64,000 bases of DNA. Source: an uncultured delta proteobacterium (lineage in GTDB: Bacteria; Desulfobacterota; Desulfobacteria; Desulfobacterales; B30-G6). The stretch covers positions 157,595 through 221,594 of the forward strand of contig CAWGLD010000006.1 in NCBI GenBank assembly GCA_963823335.1. Reading direction: 5' to 3'. A program made the position numbers and the translations under genes. A model generated the notes under the pieces. That model was not told the origin of the DNA, made no database searches, and was given only the letters and a program-made list of their open reading frames with translations. Positions 51,690-61,574 of this stretch are shown here, in pieces (the stretch's first letter is position 1; each line of letters starts with the position of its first letter).

Positions 51690-51774
51690 GATAAAACAAC
51701 CACCCTGCCTTTGAGCAACACAACCAATAATTAAAAACTCAAAATTCAAAATTGCTCATATGCATCCTATCCTA

Positions 51775-52648
51775 TCACCGTTCATGTTTCAACATATTCA
51801 ACAGATACTTACCGTAGTCGTTTTTCATCAACGGTTGAGCCAGTTTTTCAACCTGCTCGGCCGTAATATAGCCCTTGTTGTAGGCAATCTCTTCCAGACA
51901 CGCAATCTTCAGGCCCTGCCGCTCTTCAATGGTTTGGATGAAATTTTCTGCCTGCCGCAGGCTCTCGTGGGTTCCGGTGTCCAGCCAGGCCACACCGCGT
52001 CCCAGTTTTTGCACCTGGAGTTCTTTCCATTGCAGGTAGGTGTCGATGACGTCGACGATCTCCAATTCACCCCGCGCCGAGGGTTTGAGCCCTTCAGCAA
52101 TTTTTACAGCCCGGTTGTCGAAAAAATAGAGTCCGGTAACCGCCCAGTTAGACTTCGGTACTGCCGGTTTCTCTTCCAGATCGTAGGCCTGACCGGTGTC
52201 GTCGAAGGCGACCACGCCATAGCGCTCCGGATCGCTTACCCAGTAGCCGAATACAATGGCGCCTTTTTCAAGACGGGCGGCATCCTGCAGTTTACCGGTC
52301 ATCCCGTAGCCGTAAAAGATGTTGTCACCCAGAATCAGACACACATTGCTGTCGCCGACAAATTCCTTGCCGATAACAAAGGCCTGGGCCAGACCTTCGG
52401 GTCTGGGTTGCTCAGCATATGTCAAAGACAATCCCCACTGGGAACCGTCGCCCAAGAGCCTTTCAAAAAGCGGCAAATCCTGGGGAGTCGAGATAACGAG
52501 TATTTCCTTAATACCGGCCAGCATGAGAACCGACAGCGGGTAATAGATCATGGGTTTGTCGTACACCGGCAAGCAACTGTTTGCTGACCACCTTTGTAAT
52601 GGGATACAAACGCGTGCCAGATCCCCCGGCAAGTATAATTCCTTTCAT
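51775..52648 (-). CDS. rfbA: Glucose-1-phosphate thymidylyltransferase, with an apparent +1 frameshift near 52571
   Basis: ATG 52648 gives [26 protein letters not shown]; the sequence continues in the other frame as [36 protein letters not shown]. Confidence 0.9.
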
Positions 52649-52727
52649 GTTCGGTGTAATCCCCCTTTCATTTGTTTCAATTCGTCAGGTTTATTAAGGA
52701 TAATGCGTATGCCATATTTTCCAAGAG

Positions 52728-52842
52728 CGTAGACGTAAGGCGTGAGACGTTAGACGGGTTCCCCGTTTCCCGTCTTGCGTCTCACATCTTGCTTCTCACG
52801 CTCTTGATCTTATGTCTCGCGTCTCACGTCTTACATCTCACG
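52728..52842. repeat. Family H, copy 7
   Basis: GTAGACGTAAGGCGTGAGACGTTAGAC-GGGTTCCCCGTTTCCC-GTCTTGCGTCTCACATC; followed by a family E right end at 52852-52875. Confidence 0.83.
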
Positions 52843-52938
52843 TTCCTGGTATTGCGTCTTGCGGCTTTGCGGTGATAATTATGAGTTAAAATATAATTTT
52901 ACTTGTAATTTAAATGCATATTTGTATATTATTAACAC

Positions 52939-53211
52939 ATGAAATACGAATGGGACGAAGATAAAAATCAGGCAAATCAATCAAAGCACGGCATTGATTT
53001 CGAAACAGCAACAAGATTGTGGGATGATCCTAACAGGATAGAGATACAAACTGCATTTAGCGAAGAAAACCGTGTCATTCTAATAGGGATAATTGATAAA
53101 AAGCTCTGGACTGCAGTTTTTACCTCAAGAAATGGCGCTTATCGATTAATATCTGTAAGGCGCGCCAGAAAAAAGGAGATGATGCTATATGAAGACAGTA
53201 AAAATAGCTAA
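52939..53211 (+). CDS. brnT: BrnT-family toxin
   Basis: YEWDEDKNQANQSKHGIDF..ENR..RLISVRRA. Confidence 0.9.
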   Translation: MKYEWDEDKNQANQSKHGIDFETATRLWDDPNRIEIQTAFSEENRVILIGIIDKKLWTAVFTSRNGAYRLISVRRARKKEMMLYEDSKNS

Positions 53212-53455
53212 AAATGCTAATGAATTTGATCGTCGGTTTGATAATGGAGAAGATATTCACGATCTAATTGACATGAGCAAATCCAGAATAATCAGGCACG
53301 GGAAGAAAGTTCGAATAACGCTTGATATCGCCGAAACACTCGTGAAAGAAATCGATCAAATAAGGGGAGAAATAGGTGTTGATCGTTCTGCCTTAATAAA
53401 AATATGGCTCCACGAGCGGATACAGAAAGAGAAATCCTTGTCTCGAACTACTTGA
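53189..53455 (+). CDS. BrnA/CopG-family antitoxin
   Basis: EFDRRFDNGEDI; RHH-like KVRITLDI..GVDRSALIKIWL; overlaps brnT. Confidence 0.85.
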   Translation: MKTVKIAKNANEFDRRFDNGEDIHDLIDMSKSRIIRHGKKVRITLDIAETLVKEIDQIRGEIGVDRSALIKIWLHERIQKEKSLSRTT

Positions 53456-53655
53456 AAACGGTTCAATGTTATTCATCGCAAAGATGCAGAGATCGGGATA
53501 AAAAATGAAATACTTTGTGTGCTCTGTTTACCCCGTAGGTTCGGAAAATCGTATGGGGCGTCTTTGCAGTGAGTTTCCTCAATCCTTGAGCCTCAGTCCT
53601 ATCGGCTTAAGTTTCACAAAACGTTATTTATTTATGAATGTACGTCCCTGAGTTT

Positions 53656-53927
53656 CACACAGACTTACACAGACATTGTCTCTGTCGACATGACAGAGAC
53701 AATCCTCTCATGCCCTGCGGGCATACTATCATTCTTGATTCTATATCACGATTTTCTTATTCGATTCCAAATTTTGCAATATTTAGAATACTACCCGACA
53801 AAGAAAAAGTTCGGATTGAAATGGTAAATGAAAATTTCGCGATAGCGAAGATTGTTTTTCTTCGGACAATGTCGTCCGAAGAAAAGGAAAAAATTGTCTG
53901 TGTAAGTCTGCGTGGGTCTGTGGCTAA
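53656..53927. mobile_element. Family D element, copy 5
   Basis: CACACAGACTTACACAGAC; ATTGTCTCTGT-CGACATG-ACAGAGACAAT; TGCCC-tgc-GGGCA; right loop CAATGTCG; GTCTGTGGCTAAATAAAAA. Confidence 0.83.
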
Positions 53928-54061
53928 ATAAAAATATCTTCCCCCCTCCTCCATTTATTTTAGTTTTTAAACCGGGCAGTTAAGCTGGAAGGCCAAAAGC
54001 CTTCATCACAATTCAAGGTGCGACCCCAATGTCCTCAAAAGAGAATCAGGGGGATTTACAG

Positions 54062-54454
54062 TTATACCTTCAATTGCAGCAACCCCGGAACCAGCATGAA
54101 ATGTTTATCCTTGCTGAAAACCTTGTATCCATGCTGAAAGGCAACAGCGGCAATCCATATGTCATTGGTAGGAATGGGTGTGCCCGCTGTCTTAAGGCTA
54201 TCCAGAATGGAAGCATAAAAATCAGCGGTCCCTTCGTCTATGGAGTGAACGAAAACCCTTGGAGAATCCATAAAAATATTAAGTTCTTCTCTATTTTCGG
54301 CCTCATATCGCCCCCCTTTAAATCCCGAATAGAGTTCACCGATACTGATGGCTGAAAAACCAATTCGATCAATCTTTCTCAGCGTTTTAACGACGTTTAC
54401 ATCACCCTTCATGGCCAACGAATAAATATTGGTGTCGATCAACACTTTTTTCAT
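54062..54454 (-). CDS. vapC: VapC-family PIN toxin
   Basis: VLIDTNIY, ISIGEL, PIPTNDIWIAA and SKDKHF. Confidence 0.92.
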   Translation of the reverse strand: MKKVLIDTNIYSLAMKGDVNVVKTLRKIDRIGFSAISIGELYSGFKGGRYEAENREELNIFMDSPRVFVHSIDEGTADFYASILDSLKTAGTPIPTNDIWIAAVAFQHGYKVFSKDKHFMLVPGLLQLKV

Positions 54455-54714
54455 TGCCAGAGTTCCTGATCGATCTTTCGCTCACCGGCTATTTTTGCAT
54501 TTATCTCTTTGAATTCATCGTCGCTCCATCGTCCAAACAAATCATCCAGGTCGTTATACTCGCGTGTGAATTTCTTTTCTTTTGCAAGACCAAGACTTTC
54601 CTTGATGATTTCAACGGTTAGCTGGTTAATGCTTTTTCCTTGCTTGGCCGAAAGTTTCTTGAGTCTTTCGGACACCTCCGGCTCAATGCCCCGAATTGTG
54701 ACAACCTTCATCAT
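54451..54714 (-). CDS. FitA-like ribbon-helix-helix antitoxin
   Basis: VTIRGIEPEV..LK..SAKQGKSIN; DLDDLFGRWS; ATGA overlap with vapC. Confidence 0.85.
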   Translation of the reverse strand: MMKVVTIRGIEPEVSERLKKLSAKQGKSINQLTVEIIKESLGLAKEKKFTREYNDLDDLFGRWSDDEFKEINAKIAGERKIDQELWQ

Positions 54715-54773
54715 GCTCTCCTAAGTTTAATGTCAATTGATGACTTTATTATGCTATCAATATATGACATCAT

Positions 54774-55020
54774 TCATATTTCGTCAAGCAGACATTTTGA
54801 TCTGTACTTTATCTTCCCAGGGACGATTTTCCACAGTTCAAATGGCATTTTGCCTTTTGGACGACGCATGGTCGGATGGTGGCACATGGAACAGGCAATG
54901 TTGCATTCTGCCATGACTTCTACCACAAATCTCGTTGGGAGGGAAACCGGCTGCAAGAACTTGGCGATTTGGTCCAGTCCACCCAGTCCTTAGTCCTCTA
55001 CAATATGCGTTAGACGACAT
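54774..55020 (-). pseudogene. Radical SAM protein N-terminal fragment
   Basis: VEVMAECNIACSMCHH (CxxxCxxC) then RPKGKMPFELWK, stopping about 20 codons later; the 5' part is in a different frame. Confidence 0.7.
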
Positions 55021-55140
55021 AAACCATTAGACGTTAGATGTAAGACGTTAGACGATGCTCTCAGCTTCCCGTCTCACGTCTCACGTCTTGCTTCTCACGT
55101 TTCTGGTATTGCGTCTCACATCTCACGTTTCTCGTCTCAC
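55008..55140. repeat. Family H, copy 8
   Basis: GACGTTAGATGTAAGACGTTAGAC-GATGCTCTCAGCTTCCC-GTCTCACGTCTCAC. Confidence 0.85.
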
Positions 55141-55189
55141 AAAACGATATTTATATATGAATGTACGTCCCCTAGTTCTTCGCCCCGAA

Positions 55190-55339
55190 ATTATACTGAG
55201 CCTTCTGATTGAGTTAAATCAATATTACATCCCGGGAAGAACTTCCTCACTTATCGACGTAGCTGCTAACGGAATGGGCCATCTGATTGGAATGTTGATT
55301 TATTTCCTCGATAAGTCGATTCTAAAGAGGTATTCGTAG
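55190..55339 (+). pseudogene. VanZ C-terminal fragment
   Basis: ILSLLIELNQYYIPGRTSSLIDVAANGMG resembles the VanZ motif of 48149-49258; no N-terminal part. Confidence 0.6.
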
Positions 55340-55542
55340 GCAAATTATGTAAAGAGACTGCACCGCATTGGTTAAACAGCTATGTTTATTTTGTCTGGGT
55401 GGCCTTTTGGAGAGAAGCGGAAATCCAGGTTTTTTGGGGGCTTCGAGAAATCTTAGACCATAAGGAATAATGCCTATTTATGATTCGCTCCCTAACACAG
55501 CGGCAAGCAATAGGGTTATCGAGTGCTATTGCGGTTCAAATT

Positions 55543-56475
55543 CTAAAAATACTCGATCGTTTTGTCTAACCCCTCATCTAAAGTCACTTTTGGTTCCCAG
55601 CCGATTTTTTGCTTTGCCATCGATATGTCTGGCTTTCGGCGCATGGGATCGTCTTCCGGCAGTGGTTGGTATACGATTTCGGACTTGGAATCGGTTTTTT
55701 CGATAATCTTTTCTGCAATTCCTAATATGCTTGACTCCTCATCTGCCCCCAAATTTAAAGGGCCGGGGAAGTTGTCATCAGAACGCATGAAAAGAAGGAT
55801 TCCCTCGATCAGGTCATCCACATAACAGAAAGATCTCGTTTGTTTGCCGTCACCGTAAATCGTTATGGGATTGTTTCCAAGGGCCTGGACAATAAAGTTT
55901 GAAATGACACGGCCATCGTTTGGATGCATTTTGGGGCCATATGTGTTGAAAATCCTGGCCACTTTTATCGATAGATCATGCTGTCTGTAATAATCAAAAA
56001 AAAGGGTTTCGGCACATCGTTTTCCTTCGTTGTAACATGATCGGTACCCTATTGGATTGACATTTCCCCAGTAGGTTTCCGGTTGCGGATGGACAACCGG
56101 GTCGCCATACACTTCCGATGTCGAGGCCTGAAATATTTTTGCCTTGGTTCGTTTGGCAAGCCCCAGCATATTGATAGCACCGATGACCGATGTCTTTGTC
56201 GTCTGAACAGGATCAAATTGATAGTGGATGGGGGAGGCCGGGCATGCAAGATTGTATATTTCATCGACTTCGACATAAAGCGGGAACGTCACATCATGCC
56301 GATAAAACTCGAATTTTGGATTTTTTAATAGTTCATAAATATTGGCCTTGGTCCCCACAAAGCAGTTGTCTACGCAGATGACCTCCCTGCCCTCTTCGAG
56401 CAAACGTTGGCACAGATGCGACCCCAAAAAACCTGCACCACCCGTCACCAGGGATTTTATTGTCATACCTTTCAT
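55543..56475 (-). CDS. UDP-glucuronate decarboxylase (UDP-xylose synthase, SDR family)
   Basis: [52 protein letters not shown] and DDP.RR.PDI. Confidence 0.92.
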   Translation of the reverse strand: MKGMTIKSLVTGGAGFLGSHLCQRLLEEGREVICVDNCFVGTKANIYELLKNPKFEFYRHDVTFPLYVEVDEIYNLACPASPIHYQFDPVQTTKTSVIGAINMLGLAKRTKAKIFQASTSEVYGDPVVHPQPETYWGNVNPIGYRSCYNEGKRCAETLFFDYYRQHDLSIKVARIFNTYGPKMHPNDGRVISNFIVQALGNNPITIYGDGKQTRSFCYVDDLIEGILLFMRSDDNFPGPLNLGADEESSILGIAEKIIEKTDSKSEIVYQPLPEDDPMRRKPDISMAKQKIGWEPKVTLDEGLDKTIEYF

Positions 56476-56576
56476 CGATCAGGTTCATCCTTCTTTATCA
56501 AAAAAACCACTTTAGCCTTCCTTCAGATTTGCGGCCTTGTGGTTTCTGCCAAAAAATAACACGATTATATCCAAAT

Positions 56577-56712
56577 AAGGGGTCAAGGGGTCAAGGGTCC
56601 GAGTGGAATGCTTTGATATTATAATAGTTAAGGGAAAAGATCGGGGATGCAGAGAGAATGTTGAAAGCGATGATCAAATCCCTGGAAAACAAACACTTGA
56701 ACCCTTGAATCG
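56577..56712. mobile_element. Family J element containing the 3' remnant of a four-helix-bundle gene
   Basis: GGGGTCAAGGGGTCAAGGGTCCGAGTG...CACTTGAACCCTTGAATC; 56628-56708 reads LREKIGDAERMLKAMIKSLENKHLNP-stop. Confidence 0.65.
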
Positions 56713-56758
56713 GGCACTTTTCTCCCAATTAATTGGGAGAAGAACCATCATAATCAAC

Positions 56759-59700
56759 TTACAACAAACACTCCTTCAGCTCCCCTGCCAGCTGACGGAC
56801 ACTGGGCTCGATCCAGAGGTTAATTTCGTTGGCCTGGAATCTCCCGCAGATCCACTTCACTCCTGAGTAAGCCTCCCCAACCCAGTGTCGGATCGGAGTG
56901 AATCCCAATCGGCTGCTGGCTGGCCCTGAATATGGCGGTACGCCCTGGGTATGGACGCGGCTTATATGTCTTTAAGGCCTTGTTGTGCATTTCGTACAAG
57001 CGGTGGAGCTTATACGCCTGGGAGTGCACGATCCTCAGCCGAATTCTGCTGAGCGGTTTCTCCAACTGCCGTTCCACAAAAGCAAGGACAGGGGGGAGAG
57101 GCGTCTTTATCTTTCGCAATAGATGCGATGCCCTCTTTTCCGGCTCGAGTCCGCGCAGTACCATTGATTCATAGTCAAACCTCTCGCGCAGCCTGTAAAG
57201 CAAACGGTGAATGATGGTGGTCCCTGCTAAAAACCTGGGGTACTCTGGGTTGGGGGTGTCGATCAGGGCAACCAGCGCCACCTTCTCACCTGCTTTATGA
57301 GAAGGTGTGCCATTTCCAATGCTATGTATCCTCCCATGCACCAACCACCTATTTGGTAGGGGCCATGGGGCTGGACGGTCTTTATCTCGTCCATGTAGTC
57401 GGAGGCCATATCGGTAAAGGAACGGGATTCGATCTTTCTTCCGTCCAGACCGCGCGCCTGCAAGCCATAAAACGGCTGTTCCCGGCCCAGATAGTTCGCC
57501 AGCGGATAATAGTTCAACACATTTCCGCGATGGGCGTGAATACAGAAAAAAGGAATTTTGGATCCGGCGGGCTTTATGGGCACCAGCGGTGACCAACTCT
57601 GTTCCCAGGCCTCCTCCTCGAGAATGGTTGCCAGTTGTTCGAGTGTAGGGGCCTTGAGCAGCATGGATAGCGGCATCCTGCTTCCCAGGGTCTTCTCAAT
57701 CTCCGCAAACATTCTTACGGCATCGATAGATTTGCCTCCCAGATAAAAAAAATGGTCTTTACGCCCTACACGGTTTACACGAAGCACTTTTGCCCAGATG
57801 GCGGCCAGTATTTTTTCCGTTCTGGAAACGGGTGCTTCGAAAGGTATTTCTTCCCGAACCGGGGCCGGCGCGGTATCTGTCAAAACAGAATCTGTCGATG
57901 GGAATCCTTCGGCTGAAGCGGCACCAGGGCCTTCGGTCTCGATCAGTTGCAGAAATGCGTCTTCCAGCTTTTTTGATAAAGCCGCTACCGTTGGTGAGGT
58001 AAACAAGGTGTGCAAGGGGAGATCGATGTTGCAGGCCTGCTTGATGCTTAAAATAATCAGGGTCGCCGTTAGTGATTCCCCTCCAATGTCAAAAAAGTTT
58101 TCGTCCCGGCCAACCTGTTGGACGCCAAGAACGTCGGCCCATAACCCTGCAAGCGCTTCTTCGATGTCCGTGCGCGGCGGGTCGAAGTCGACGCCCCTTT
58201 CGATTCTATCCATAGAGGGTGCAGGCAGCGCTTTGCGGTCGATCTTTTTGTTGGGCGTCTGCGGAAATGCATCCAGGGCGACAACATGAACCGGAACCAT
58301 GTAATCGGGAAGCTGGGTTTTGGCATAATCACGCAGCTGATTGGAGGTTGGATTCGCTCCCTTGACCGGGATCACGTAAGCCACGAGTCGTTTTTGTCCT
58401 GGCACATCTTCGCGTGCAATCACGACGGATTCGTGCAGGGCAGGATGTTTGTTCAGAACGGCTTCTATTTCACCGAGTTCGATGCGGTAGCCTCGAATCT
58501 TTACCTGGTGATCCATTCGGCCTATAAATTCGATGTTGCCATCGGGGAAGTAGCGCGCCAGATCACCAGTTCGATAGAGCCGGCTCTCCGGGTTTTGGCT
58601 GAATGGGTTTTTGATAAACCTTTCCGCGGTTAAATCGGGCTGTTTTAGATATCCTCGAACGACGCCCTCACCACCGATCATAAGTTCCCCCGGCACACCT
58701 AACGGGACCGGCTGGAGGTTTTGATCCAGTATGTAAATCGTCGTGTTGGCTATGGGTCGTCCAATCGGTATGGCTCGCCTGATCTTATCCAGTTTATAGG
58801 TGGTGGACCACACCGTTGTCTCGGTCGGTCCGTACATGTTGATGATGTCTCCACTCACAACTTCCTGTAACTGTTCGGCAAGCGCGGCAGGAAAGGCTTC
58901 TCCCCCGATCAGCAGTTTTTTCAGCTGGCCGAAGGCGTTTTTGGTCTCTTCATCCAGCATCAGCATACTTGCCATGGAGGGCGTGCACTGCAAATGGGTG
59001 ACCTTGTGCCGTTTTATCAGTTCCGGTATGCTGATGTCAGCAGGTTTTTCTGAGACCCCGCTGCCCCCCTCCCCTGAATCCTCACGACCTTCAACCCCGG
59101 TGTAGATAACCACCGTGAAACCGCGTGCCGTGGTCCATAGAAGTTCCAGGACAGAAATGTCAAAGGAGAGCGTGGTCACGGCCAGCCATATGCTGTCCGG
59201 ATCGTATGCACCACAGCCGTCAATACCCGTGAAAAAGTTGACCACATTGCGATGCTCGATCATGACGCCTTTGGGTTTGCCGGTGGAGCCGGACGTGTAG
59301 ATCACATATGACAGGTTGTGAGGTGCGACGTTGCAGTCCAGGTTGGTCGACGTCTCCTTGGCAATGTCATCCCACGCCGTATCGATCGAAATAAGATCGG
59401 CATCCACCGGGCCCAATTCATCCTTCAGGTCTTTGTTGGTAATAATGACCGAACATTCCGAATTTTCAATCATATAGGAAATTCGGTCCTTGGGGAATGA
59501 AGGGTCCAAAGGCACGTATGCGCCACCGGCCTTCAGGATGCCCATCACAGCAACAAACATGTCCAGGGAACGGTGCAAATAGACACCCACCAAGGTCTCT
59601 GTTTCAACGCCTGCATTCCTCAACCGGCGCGCCATCTGATTGCAGCGTTCATTCAATTGTCCATAAGCATGGCTGAGCCCCCTGTATACAATGGCTGTAG

Positions 59701-61472
59701 TCTCGGGTACTCTGGCAGCCTGCTCTTCGAATAGCTGGTGAATGCATTTTTCAGATGGAAATTCAACCTCTGTGTTGTTCCATTCTTCGAAAAGCCGGTT
59801 TTTCTCATCAGGTGAAAGTATAGACAACCCAGCAACCTTCCGATCTAAATCCCCAGTGGCGTCCTCTAAAAAGCTGATGAACTGTGCCACAAAGCGTTTG
59901 ACATCTTGTTCCGCGATTGCCTTTGGGTCAAATATGCATCGACAAGCATCAGGATCTCTCGAGACTGCCAGCGTGAGGACGCTTCTGGATTGGGCCTTGT
60001 GCGACTCGCCATCGTCTGTCATAACAATATTTACCGGGGATACAGACAGCCCGCCATTTCCATTGTTTTGGCCCAATTCGGCATACCGTCCCCAGACGTC
60101 CAATGCATAGGTTTTATTTTGGACTGTGGATTCAATGCTTACACACAAAGCCTTCAATACATCCTCAAAACCTGCCTCGGGGTCGATGCTTACACGCAAT
60201 GGCACGTATTCTGAAAACAGGCCAACGTGCCTCCCAATTTCTGCCATCAATGCAGCGTGGCTGAATCCAACATGAAAATCATTTATGCCGCAGTGCCGGC
60301 CGATAAAAATGCCCGAAAGCGGCCGATAGAGATATCCGGAGATCACCATCGAATTTCTTGAATGCACTTAAAACAGCACCGGGTATGTGTATGGGTACAC
60401 TTTTGAACTCGAGTTTCTTTTTAAAAGCAAATTTCTTTTTTGCGTAATGCAGGTCGACAAATGTCAATGCGGATAATTGATTGACCCAATAGCTTCACTC
60501 CCGGCAATCCCGGCATTCAGTTTATCAATTTCTTGCGCATCTTCATCGGCCGGTCCATCGAACCTGAATCCCCGGCTTTAAAGAATATGTATACGTCAAT
60601 CCGGCAATGGACAAGGGCACACCGTCTATGGATGCTCCTCTGGAAATTTCCACATCATTTGTTCCCGTTGCCACCCGGATGCGTTCTTCATCGATTGCGG
60701 TGATTGTCCCGGGAGTTTCGGTCGATGGCATGTCCGTAACTGCCAGTTCCCGAATCACGAAGTATTCATCACCCGCCTTTATTTTTGGCAAACCAAGGGG
60801 ATTCCCATAAGGACCAAAATCAAGTGCTTTCACGAGGGCCGAAATTTCTTCCGCACTCCTGCGCCAATCGATCGCGGACGCCTGGGCAGGCCGCTGATAT
60901 TTTCCGTAGTATGACCGTTTGTCGGAAAGCTGATGCGTGACCTTCGCCCCACCATTGGCGAGCTCCTGCACCAGTGTGCTAAATGATGAAAGCCCGGCCT
61001 CAAAGCATTTCGCATTCAAAGAAAGAGACGTTTCCATTTCGTCCACATCGAATACGGCCTGTTTGAGAATGCCTCCTTTGTCAATTTCAGAGCTGATTTC
61101 GTGCCAGGTAACCCCATGAGCCTTCTCCCGGTTCAGGATCGCCCATGAAGTGGCATTCAGACCCGCGTATCTGGGAAGCGGCCCGTCATGAAAGTTGATG
61201 GCAGACTTGCGAGGGGTATTGATAACCCCGTCGGGCAATACGGATAGATTGGTTATACTGAAAAGATAATCATAGGGTTTTTCTTTCAGGCAATCGGGCA
61301 GGCTTTTGTTCAGTTCCAGTGTTTGGATGTCTTTTTCGGCCGCCCACTGTTTAATGGTCGGATTCGATGAAACAATGCCGAAGATATTGTGCCCGCGTTG
61401 GAGCAGTACCTCGCTGCATTTTACCAGCAGCGATTTTTCTCCTATAATATAACAGCTGAACTTTTCGGACAT
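56759..61472 (-). CDS. Formyltransferase-(degenerate C)-A-T-T-TE NRPS-like protein, broken by about 5 frameshifts (pseudogene or assembly errors)
   Basis: 60543-61472 formyltransferase (INFHDGPLPRYAGL, IDKG); 57263-60367 A domain (YTSGSTGKPKG, SFDIS, NMYGPTE, YRTGD, GYRIELGEIE), two PCPs (GGESL, GGKSI) and TE (GWCMGG). Frames switch near 60560, 60493, 60310, 57295 and 56830; the last shift gives GHEINLW..CLL-stop at 56759. Confidence 0.8.
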
Positions 61473-61574
61473 TAGGTTAGATATCCTTTTTTTCTTGTCT
61501 TCACCCTCTTAAACCTTCAGATAAGCTTTAAGTCCGGGTTTTGTTTTGTACGTCTAATCTTTAGATTATTTTTG

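Noticed and set aside
946-52587. Long antisense or alternative-frame ORFs (for example 946-1746, 12447-13346, 28207-29121, 34457-35461, 37069-38307, 38913-39881, 51760-52587)
   Set aside because: They are shadows of well-supported genes on the opposite strand, with no recognisable motifs.
14360-55339. Small ORFs rich in SHVSRLT, NKPNKLN or NIEHR (for example 14360-14617, 14451-14762, 26009-26389, 45124-45372, 52672-52875, and the 5' part of 55055-55339)
   Set aside because: They are translations of the intergenic repeat arrays rather than proteins.
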